A DNA stretch of 64,000 bases, from contig CAWHDR010000001.1 of assembly GCA_963828165.1 (NCBI GenBank), forward strand, positions 1,344,001 to 1,408,000, read 5' to 3'. The translations under genes were made by a program, and so were the position numbers. The notes under the pieces were generated by a model. It did not search any database and was not told the DNA's origin. It saw nothing but the letters and a program-made list of their open reading frames with translations. The first letter of the stretch is position 1, and each line of letters starts with the position of its first letter. Of the stretch, positions 10,889-19,734 are shown one piece after another. Source of the DNA: an uncultured Chloroflexia bacterium. Its GTDB lineage: Bacteria; Chloroflexota; Limnocylindria; Limnocylindrales; CSP1-4.

Positions 10889-12901
10889 TCAGTGATGTTC
10901 CCGGACGTCAAGGAGTCTGAACTCGCCAGCTTCAGCCAACAATCTTGCATCGGGGATGAGTCTGTTCGGATGGGATCCATCCGTGTAGATGTAATCGATT
11001 TGATGTGCCTCGAGAAAGGTCTTGATACTGCCTACGGACGGCGTGGTCCAGAGCTCCGGATACAGACTGCGCTGGGGAGCGAACCGAAATAGCGGACTTG
11101 GCGCACCTGGGGCTGGTTCCATCCCCGTCATTCGTCCGAGGATCTCAGATTGAAAACACATGGGGACGACGTGCCGGTCCGTGTGTGCTGTGATCCCGAG
11201 CAGCTTAGCGTCCCAAATGGCCACCTCTTCGGTCGGGTCGCACGAGTACGCCAACTTGGCGTCCGGGGGCAGTTCCCGAATGGAATCAAGGAAGGCCGTC
11301 GGAACGGGCGGATTGTAGTGAGGCCCATGCGATTGCAGCCTCAGGATGGCAAGGCCTGCACCTAACTCAATCTGCGCGACGCACGCCAAGACGACTGCGA
11401 AAGCCAAACTCCGATGGCCTGCGGCCTTCAGCCGGACGTGCAGGGACCACACAGCGACAGCCGCGGCCGGCGTCGCAAATGCCGCCAACGCGCCAAAAAA
11501 CACGTGGAACGTGTTGTAGTCCGCCATGCGTGCTCCCCAGAAGACCGCGCCGACGCCCACGGCGACGGCCGTCGCCATGTAGAGGCCAGCCTGAGCGGCA
11601 TCGTCCCGCCTGACGAAGAACCAAGCGACCGGAATCGCCAAGAAGGCGCCAGCACCGATCGCCACCGACACCAGCGACTGGCTCCACGTCGGATTGAACG
11701 GAGCAACATTCGTGGAGGCGGCGCTCCCGCCGACTCCATGCCCCGTAAACAGTCCCCAGACGACCGTGCTGGTGATGGCGATACTCGCGCAGAGGATGGT
11801 CCGTCGCCATGAGGGCGACGCGGCTCGCAGGCGCCCGGCGTCGCGAACGTCCCGTAGCGCGCCATGCAACCAGACGGTGCCGAGGCCCAGGAGCGCGAGT
11901 GCGGCTATAACGAGGTGTGAGGCTATGAGCGCGGAGAAAACGCTCCCGAGGAAGACCGCGCGCGCCCAGGTTGGCGGCCGCAAACTCGTAACAACGATGC
12001 TATGCATACCAAGGAGGACCGCGACCGCCGCCAACCCGTACAGGGTGATTCCGAAACTGAGCCCGACTGCCCATGTGCTGAAGAAGGGACCGGTGATAAT
12101 CGGAATGGGAGCGACGAACAGGGAGACCCCGCACCCGAACAGATAGGCCCCTCGAGACGGGGTCCGCACCATCCGACGCACGAGGGTCCCCGTTAGGGTC
12201 GCCGTGGCCACCAGCAGGAGTGGGAGGACGACCAGGTGCCGGGCGACGAGCGCCTCGGTACCGAACGTTTGCATCACGGCGGATGCCAGCCAGAGCTCGC
12301 CCCAGTGGTACCAGGTCTGCGGAGGAAGGCCTGCAAGGTTTGGGAATCCGGATGGTGAGTAGATCGTTTCCGTGCCGGTCCGAGCAAGGTCGGCTCCAAG
12401 GACCGAGTAGTAGGCGGTGTCCATGAACTCGATCGGTTGAACGCCGTCTCGCGGACTCAAGACCATGGTTGATCCGAAGAGAACCCCGGCGGCCGCCACG
12501 GAGGCGCGCGAGCGCGGCGACGATCAGCACTCCTTTCGGGCACATCGGTTGCCCGTGTTTCGATGAGCGGGACAGCGAATCACGCTGTTGCCGGCGTGGA
12601 CGAGTGATCGCGATGACGACCGCCAAGGCGAACCGACGGCGCTGGGCGTAAACGAACTGCGGCCGCCGGATGCCAAGGCCGCCCACAACGCTGCTCCAAC
12701 AATCAGGCCGGTCGCCAAACCGACAGCCAGGGTTTCCCCGGCTGGGGCATCACGCTCGAGCAACCCCACCGATCTCGAAACCCAGATGCCCAGGATCAGG
12801 AATAGCGTTCCGAGAACGATCGCTTGGACGATCGCGAGGTGGACGTTGGCCATCGAGATCGTGATGACCACCTCATCGATGAGGGTTTCTACCCAGCCCA
12901 A
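10889..12901 (-). CDS. Large polytopic membrane protein, probable GT-C transferase; one frameshift near 12500-12600
   Basis: ORFs 12524..12901 and 10889..12499. D-TAYY and WYHWGELW loop motifs; many TM helices. Confidence 0.6.
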
Positions 12902-13187
12902 TCAGCTCCTCACGATATATGACTTGGAACGAAATCTGGGAACCGGGTCGATCGGCTGGTTCGTAGCCGGTGGGCGGCCGGGAATCTAGGAACATCGGTG
13001 GGGCTCGAAGGTCGACAAGCCTACGACGCGCGTGCCATCCGCGCGCTGGCCTGAGCTCGGGGGTTCCTCGGCTGGGTCGCCAGTCCCCGACGTCGTGCGT
13101 GAAGCTGCCAGGGCCGCTCGCCTGGTCGCCCTCGAGAGGACTTTCGGCAGGGCGATTGGCCGCGCGCCGTACGTTAAGGTCGGCCGT

Positions 13188-14100
13188 ATGACGGCTAGAC
13201 ACGTCGGCCCAGACGCCCTCGGCCCGGCGCCGGACTTCAGCTCGGATCCAGTCGCCAATCCAACATCGTCGAGCACGACACCAGTCGCCCGGTTGGAGAG
13301 TCTCGATGCGGTCCGTGCCATCGCGGGCGCCATGGTCATCGCCTGCCATGTCTCGTTGTACCGCGGCGACGGCAGTCTCCACGGACTTCGAAACGGCGTG
13401 ATGCTCTTCTTCGCGCTGTCGGGATACCTGCTGTTTCGCCCCTTTCTCCGCGGGTCGGTCGACCTCAGTGCCTACGCGATCCATCGCGCTGCAAGGATCC
13501 TCCCTGCGTACTTCGTCGCCCTAGTGGGAATCACGATACTGACGGGAGATCGTGCCTTCTTAGAGAACCCATTCACGTTCGCGCTCTTCCTCCAGAATTA
13601 CGATCGCGACCTGTGGCGGGGCTTTGTCGGGGTTTCATGGACGCTGGTGCTGGAGGTCCAGTTCTACGTGACGTTGCCGCTCCTGGCCGTCCTCGTCGCG
13701 AGGTCCGTCAACGGGCTCCTATCGCTCGCCACGGCTTCGATCGCGATCAACCTGATCGCCCTGCTCATGGACGCAGATCGCTTCATGCTGAGTGGATATC
13801 CATTCATGATCTGGGCCTTCATCCCCGGCATGCTGGCAGCCTTGGTCGAGCATCGGGGCATGCGCTGGCCGGGCCACCCGATGATCCTGGTGGCCGGAGT
13901 CGGATTGTTGGCCATCGGCACTGCCGCCCCATGGTTCTCGGTGACCTCGCCTCCGGAATTGGCGCCGGCCTGCTCGTATCGTGGTGCGTGACCCGACGAC
14001 CCTCCCTTGGTGCGGCGGGCCGGCTGGCCACCGTCGGGGCCGCGCTCACGTTACTCGCCGTACCTCGGGCACGCGGCCCTCATCAGGGTGACGTCTAGCG
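13188..14100 (+). CDS. Acyltransferase family 3 (OafA-like)
   Basis: RLESLDAVRAIA..VIACH, GVMLFFALSGYLL, RAARILPAY and WTLVLEVQFY. 3' part frameshifted; end approximate. Confidence 0.85.
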
Positions 14101-15214
14101 AACCGGGCGCTCTCGCGACCGTTCGCCATCGGGGATCCCTCCCGTCCGGTCTCGCGGCCCAGAAGTGGTGTGTCTTTGCGTGGGCGCATCGGGGTGGGCA
14201 AGGCCAGCGATGGCTCCGAACAGCGGCTAACCGCTGCGTACGGCGCACCGGCGTGGTCGAACGAGATAGGGACGGCTGAGCGATGGGCCACACGACGGGC
14301 GCCAGTGCGGCCAGCAGCACCGTGAACCAGTTGATGTTCACGACCGGCGACCCAAGCAGCATCGTGAGGACGGCCATGGAATAGGCAGGCCCCGGCCGAT
14401 CGCGCAGGAGCCAGATCGCGACCAATCCGGCCACGAGGGCGACCGCAGGCAGCAGGTGCGCAAAGCCTGGGTCCACGCCGACGAATCGAGCGATCCCGGC
14501 GAGGCTCAGGTCGCTCGTCCCGGTGGCGGAGGTCTGTCGGACGATCCCGAGGTATTCGACATGGGTCGAGAGGCCCGCGCCGAGCACGCTCACTGCGGCG
14601 ATCGCGAGCCCGCCCACGACGAAAGCTCGAACTGCTGTCCAGCGTCGCTGCGTGATGAGCCACCACACCAAGACGACCGGCGTGAGCTTGAGCGCGGTCA
14701 TCCCGGCGATGACGACCCCCGCGCCGATGTCATTACGCCGGGTCAGCAGGTACCACGTCCCCACGATCCCGCCGATGAGCAGGGAGTTCAGGTTCCCGAC
14801 GCCGATGTCGTACACGATCGGGATCGACAGCAGCAGGACCGCGAGCCCGATCAGGATCGGCCGTCGCCGCATCATCACCAGGATGGTCACGACGAGCGAG
14901 GCGATGCAGATCGCCCACCAGACGTAGGGTCCCAGGTCGTTCGGGATCAGCGCGAGCGGCCGAAAGAGGACCGCGATGGGCGGCGGAGACAGCAACGGCA
15001 CAGTCCAGAAGGGCGGTTTCAGGTCGACCGGCCGATCGCCCGGAGAAAGGGCGTAGAGCAGATGCCCGTCGTTCAGTCGCTCGCCCGCGGCCAGGTACGT
15101 GAAGGCATCACCGGGGATGAAGCCGCGGTTGAAGTACACGACCTGGATCGTCACCACGACGCCGATCGCGAGTGCCGGGATCAGGAGCCGGAGGATCCGC
15201 ATGGTCGCTGACAC
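14051..15214 (-). CDS. Glycosyltransferase family 87-like membrane protein
   Basis: GDAFTYLAAGERL..G..LY, LSPPP, VGN and KLTP motifs. True stop may be nearer 14200. Confidence 0.75.
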   Translation of the reverse strand: MSATMRILRLLIPALAIGVVVTIQVVYFNRGFIPGDAFTYLAAGERLNDGHLLYALSPGDRPVDLKPPFWTVPLLSPPPIAVLFRPLALIPNDLGPYVWWAICIASLVVTILVMMRRRPILIGLAVLLLSIPIVYDIGVGNLNSLLIGGIVGTWYLLTRRNDIGAGVVIAGMTALKLTPVVLVWWLITQRRWTAVRAFVVGGLAIAAVSVLGAGLSTHVEYLGIVRQTSATGTSDLSLAGIARFVGVDPGFAHLLPAVALVAGLVAIWLLRDRPGPAYSMAVLTMLLGSPVVNINWFTVLLAALAPVVWPIAQPSLSRSTTPVRRTQRLAAVRSHRWPCPPRCAHAKTHHFWAARPDGRDPRWRTVARAPGSLDVTLMRAACPRYGE

Positions 15215-15337
15215 GCACCCATGCTATCCAAGCGGCGGACCGCCATGCCCGGGCCGGACGTACTGAGCGGCCATGCCATGCACCTCGGTACCTTCGGCGG
15301 GTTGCCTGTAGGCACCGGGGTGCCACACTGGACACCC

Positions 15338-16069
15338 ATGCCGGAAGAATCCACCCGGGAACCGCTCGTCGCCGTGATCATGCCCGCGCTCAATGAGGCC
15401 GGCAAGATCGGTCGCGTGCTGGACAAGATGCCCATGGACGGACGCTTCGAGGCCATCGTCGTGGACGACGGATCGAGCGATGGCACGGCCGATGAAGCCC
15501 GCGCTCACGGCGCCGCGGTCGTGGTCAGGCACGACCAGCGACAGGGCGTCGGAGCGGCGATCCGCGATGGCTGGAAGGAAGGCGTGGCTCGCGGCCGGCC
15601 GTACCTCGCTCTCCTCTCGGGCGATGACCAGCACGTCCCGTCGGAGCTCGGCCCGGCGCTGGACGCGCTCCTTGCCCAGGACGCGGACTACCTGCAAGGC
15701 TCGCGCTGGATGGCCGGCGGCCGGCTCATCGGTGGCAACGTCGGGCGGGCGCGTGGCACCAAGATTTACTCGCTGGCCTTCAGCCTGCTCGTGGGCCGCC
15801 GGGTCACGGACGCCACGAACGGATTCCGGATCTTCCGCCGCGAGCTGCTCGATGACGCGAAGGTCAACCTGGACCAACGCTGGCTTGACAGCTACGACCT
15901 GGAGCCATATGTCTTGTATCGGGCGATCACGAGGGGCTACCGGGTGATCGAACACCCATGCACCGTCGTGTACCACGCCGCTGAGTCCTACTCGAAGATG
16001 CGCGGCCTCAAGGACTGGTGGCGGCTGTTCCGCCCGGCACTCTTGCTCAGAACGGGGATGAAACGATGA
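15338..16069 (+). CDS. GT2 DPM1-like polyprenol-phosphate glycosyltransferase
   Basis: IMPALNE, VVDDGSSD, GDDQH and DATNGFR motifs. Confidence 0.9.
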   Translation: MPEESTREPLVAVIMPALNEAGKIGRVLDKMPMDGRFEAIVVDDGSSDGTADEARAHGAAVVVRHDQRQGVGAAIRDGWKEGVARGRPYLALLSGDDQHVPSELGPALDALLAQDADYLQGSRWMAGGRLIGGNVGRARGTKIYSLAFSLLVGRRVTDATNGFRIFRRELLDDAKVNLDQRWLDSYDLEPYVLYRAITRGYRVIEHPCTVVYHAAESYSKMRGLKDWWRLFRPALLLRTGMKR

Positions 16070-17058
16070 CGAACGGTCCGATCGAGCGCTCCTTTGGTGC
16101 TCGCCGAATCCTCGTGACCGGCGGCGCCGGGTTCGTCGGGGCCGCCGTGACCCGGCGCCTCGTGGATGCCGGAGCGCGCGTGACGGTCCTTGACGACCTC
16201 TTCACCGGCAAGGCCGACGCCATCCCCACGGGCGCCAGCTTCGTCCAGGGCTCCGTCACCGACGTGCCACTCATCAACGAGCTGGTCGGCGACCACAGCC
16301 TGATCCTGCATCTCGCTGCGCGGAACATCATCGCCTCGACCGCGAACCCGCTCGACGATTACGCGACGAACATCGGCGGCACGCTGAACGTGCTCATGGC
16401 TGCCCGCGCCTCCAAGGTGGACCGGGTCGTGTATTCGTCATCGGCATCGGTCTACGGCAACCCGCGCAGCATCCCGATCAACGAGGACGATCCGCTCTGG
16501 ACGCTGTCTCCGTATGCCGTCAGCAAGCTCGGCGGCGAGAACTACTGCACGGCGTTCGCTGAGAGCTACGGGCTGCGCGTGACCACGGTTCGCTACTCGA
16601 ACGTCTATGGCCCGGGCCAGCGGCCGGACAACCCCTACTGCGGTGTCGTCTCCAAGTTCCTCGTCGAGGCGTATGCCGGACGGCCGATCACCATCCACGG
16701 AGACGGCGAGCAGACCCGCGACTACACCTACATCGACGACGCCGTCGAGGCGACCCTGCTCGCCGCGGTCCACCCGCGCGCGGAGGGCGAGGTGTTCAAC
16801 GTGGGCACCGGCATCGAGACGTCGGTGAACCGCCTGGCGGCATCGATCGGTGAGGCGCTCGAGGTCGAGATCGACCTGCGCCACGTAGACCGCCGCGACA
16901 TCGACAACATCCGCCGCCGCGTGGTCAACATCGAGAAGATCCGCCGCATGCTGCGGTGGACGCCCCAGTGGACGCTCGACCGCGGCCTCGTCGAGACCGC
17001 CAACTGGTACAAGGCGTCGTCGTTCGCTGAGGTCGGGAGCGCCTCGCAGGAGCGCTAG
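16066..17058 (+). CDS. NAD-dependent nucleotide-sugar epimerase/dehydratase
   Basis: TGGAGFVG, SSASVYG, YAVSK and GDGEQTRD motifs; ATGA overlap with the upstream GT2. Confidence 0.92.
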   Translation: MTNGPIERSFGARRILVTGGAGFVGAAVTRRLVDAGARVTVLDDLFTGKADAIPTGASFVQGSVTDVPLINELVGDHSLILHLAARNIIASTANPLDDYATNIGGTLNVLMAARASKVDRVVYSSSASVYGNPRSIPINEDDPLWTLSPYAVSKLGGENYCTAFAESYGLRVTTVRYSNVYGPGQRPDNPYCGVVSKFLVEAYAGRPITIHGDGEQTRDYTYIDDAVEATLLAAVHPRAEGEVFNVGTGIETSVNRLAASIGEALEVEIDLRHVDRRDIDNIRRRVVNIEKIRRMLRWTPQWTLDRGLVETANWYKASSFAEVGSASQER

Positions 17059-17063
17059 AGGCG

Positions 17064-18129
17064 CTAGACGCGGCTGGTCGCCCAGTAGCGTTCGGCCGGC
17101 CCATCGATGCCGCCCATGACCCCCATCGCCTTGCCGTAGGCCCGCACCGCGTCGCCCATCTCGCGCGTGCCGTCGAAAAGGCGATCGATCTGGCTCTCGT
17201 ACAGGCTGATGCCCGTGATCTTGCGTTCCATCTGGTCGCCGATGTCGGCGTAGGTCGGGAAGATGCTCACCTCGGTGGGCAGCGTGGCCACCACTTCCGC
17301 GCCGAGGTCCTCGAGGCGGTTGAAGTCGTTCCACCACGAGTACGGGAAGTCCTCGTAGAAGACGATCTTGCCCGCGTAGTCCGGTCCGGGCATCACCCAG
17401 CGCCTCGCATCGTGGAGCAGCGCGACGCCCACGTCGCGGCAGAGCTGATGGTCCACGTGCCCGCCCACGCCGAGCGGCAGGTAGACCTTCTGTGGTTCAA
17501 GCCGAACGATCTCCTGGCGCAAGAGGTCGAACGGTGCCGTGTCATCGCGGCGCGGTGAGCCCAGCAGCTGGTCGTCGCCCTCGTATCCGCGGAAGACCGC
17601 GTCAGGCAGGTCGAGGAAGACCACGGACGCCTCGGAGAAGTAGGTGAATCGCTCGTCCTCGAGCCGGCGACGGGCCATGAGATCGCCCGGCGACCGCGGC
17701 ATCGACGACTTCCTCGGTGAGGACCGCCCCCTGGGTCGGCAGGTCGTCGATGACCGGCTGGCCGGCCAACGACTCGGCGCGGATGCTGGCCCGGCGATAC
17801 CACGACGAGCGCTGCCAGAAACGCTTGGCCGCCTGGTCGGCTTCGACCTGGGTCGCCTCGAGCGACTCGTCGTCGGCCAGCCACGCCGGCCAGATCGGGT
17901 AGTCGGGCAGGATCCCGGCGCGGTTGAACGCCTCGGTGGACGGCCAATGCGCCTTCGAGCCGAAGCCCAGGGCTTCGCGCTGGTACGGCGTCAGACCCTC
18001 GCCCGCGCCGTTGCCCGAGAAGACCGTCACGATCGTCACGTTCTGTCCGAGCTCCCGCAGGCTCGCGATCAGGCCGCCGCACGAGAGGGCGACGTCGTCG
18101 GGATGCGGCGCGACGAACACGTGGGTCAT
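17064..18129 (-). CDS. PIG-L family deacetylase; one frameshift near 17690
   Basis: APHPDD motif, RRLED, GGHVDH, FYEDFPY and YESQ. Confidence 0.85.
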
Positions 18130-18190
18130 GGCCGGCCGAGTATACCGAGCGCCACTGGCCCGCCGCCGGTCACCCTCGGGCACCGACCAG

Positions 18191-18880
18191 TCAGAGGAAC
18201 GGGTCGAAGCGCTCGTCCGGGAAGCCACCCGGGCCGATGAGCGGCACGAAGACGCACGCGCCATGCGCGGTCTCCACCCAGTCGTTGCCGTGGCGAACGG
18301 CGAGGGTCAGGATCTGCCGGTTGCGCGGCCCGACCGGGATCACGAGCCGGCCGCCGTCGGCGAGCTGGTCGCGCAGCTCGACCGGGATGGCCGGCGCGGC
18401 CGCGGTCACGATGATCCCGTCGTATGGGGCACCGGCCGGGTCACCCAGGCTGCCGTCCGCGACACGGATCTCGACCGAGCCCGGGAGGTCCAGCGCCGCG
18501 ATGCGTTCCCGCGCCTGCTGCGCGAGCTCCGCATGCCGCTCCAGGCTCAGCACGTCGGCACCGAGCGCGGCCAGGATCGCTGCCTGGTAGCCGGAGCCGG
18601 TCCCGAGCTCGAGCATGCGATCGCCCGGCCGTGGCGCCAGCAACTCCGTCATGCGCGCAACGATCCAGGGCTGGCTGATGGTCTGACCCGCATCGATCGG
18701 GACCGCCTCGTCGGCATACGCGCGACGCCGGTAGCGCTCGCCGATGAACCATTCCCGCGGGATCGCGGTCATCGCCTCGAGCACGCGTTCGTCGCGGATA
18801 CCGCGGGCCCGGAGCTGCTCTTCGACCATCAGCGCTCGTTGGCCGGCCGTGATTTCGGTGGCGCCTTCCTCGGTCCCCAT
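18191..18880 (-). CDS. pcm: Protein-L-isoaspartate O-methyltransferase
   Basis: QTISQP, LELGTGSGYQAA, APYDGIIVTAA, GGRLVIPVG and FVPLIG. Confidence 0.95.
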   Translation of the reverse strand: MGTEEGATEITAGQRALMVEEQLRARGIRDERVLEAMTAIPREWFIGERYRRRAYADEAVPIDAGQTISQPWIVARMTELLAPRPGDRMLELGTGSGYQAAILAALGADVLSLERHAELAQQARERIAALDLPGSVEIRVADGSLGDPAGAPYDGIIVTAAAPAIPVELRDQLADGGRLVIPVGPRNRQILTLAVRHGNDWVETAHGACVFVPLIGPGGFPDERFDPFL

Positions 18881-18906
18881 GCGGGCAGGATAGGCCGGGC
18901 TGCGAC

Positions 18907-19620
18907 CTACGGGCTGGGTGAGGCCGAGGGCGCCACCGATGGCGCTGCCGAAGCCGATGTCGACGGCGCCGCGGACGCGGGGGCCGACGATGAGACCGAC
19001 GGGCCGGCCGATGCCGGCGCCGAAGCCGACGCTCCGGCCGAGGCGCTCGCGGACGGCGCGGCGGACGGACTCGGACTCGGGGTCGCGATGGGCGTGAGCA
19101 ACCCACCATTGCCCAGCAGCAAGCCGTTCAGCAGGATCGCAACGAAGACCGCGACCGCTGCGATCACGAAGAGCTTCGAGACGTCCTCGCGGACATGGAC
19201 GGCCTTCTCGGACGGGCTTGGGACGTGGGCCGGGGCCACTTGGGGGCCGCGCCGCTTGGTGGGAATGGTCGCCGCACCGGCGCCGGCTGCCGCCGCGGCG
19301 GGGGTCACCGACTCACCGGCGACTTCGCGAACGGCCGCGTCATAGTCGTCGGGCTCGTCGGGCTCTACGTCGTCCTCGTCCTCGTCGCCGGGCCCTACCC
19401 CGTCCTCGTCGTCGGCGTCGAGTCCATCGTCGTCGGCGTCGAGTCCATCGTCGTCGGCCGCGAGTCCTTCGTGGTCGGACTCGATGCTTTCATCGCCGGG
19501 CTCGACATCCGCGTCACCGGGCGAGGCCGCTTCGGTGGCATCCGCCTCGGCAGCTTCCAGCGCATCGACATCGGGGTCAGTCGCGTCGGGATCGGGCGTG
19601 CCCGCGGGTCGGTCGGTCAT
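18907..19620 (-). CDS. Hypothetical membrane protein with acidic N-terminus, one TM helix and S/A/P-rich tail
   Basis: 237-aa ORF with low-complexity composition and a clear TM helix. Confidence 0.7.
   Translation of the reverse strand: MTDRPAGTPDPDATDPDVDALEAAEADATEAASPGDADVEPGDESIESDHEGLAADDDGLDADDDGLDADDEDGVGPGDEDEDDVEPDEPDDYDAAVREVAGESVTPAAAAAGAGAATIPTKRRGPQVAPAHVPSPSEKAVHVREDVSKLFVIAAVAVFVAILLNGLLLGNGGLLTPIATPSPSPSAAPSASASAGASASAPASAGPSVSSSAPASAAPSTSASAAPSVAPSASPSP
19406..19467. repeat. 21-bp tandem repeat, 3 copies (third imperfect), encoding GL(D/A)ADD(D/E)
   Basis: TCGTCGTCGGCGTCGAGTCCA at 19406 and 19427; variant copy at 19448. Confidence 0.9.
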
Positions 19621-19734
19621 CCGTTCGTCGTCACTCCTTGCGCACGGCCAGCCACGAGCGCCTGTGGTTGGCGGCGGGCGCCAGTGTACCCGGCAGACCG
19701 TTGGCGCTCCGGCTGATTGCCAGATCTGCCTGGG

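Noticed and set aside
18191-18880. Pcm as a RiPP aspartimide-forming methyltransferase
   Set aside because: Canonical length without a C-terminal extension, and no RiPP cyclase nearby.
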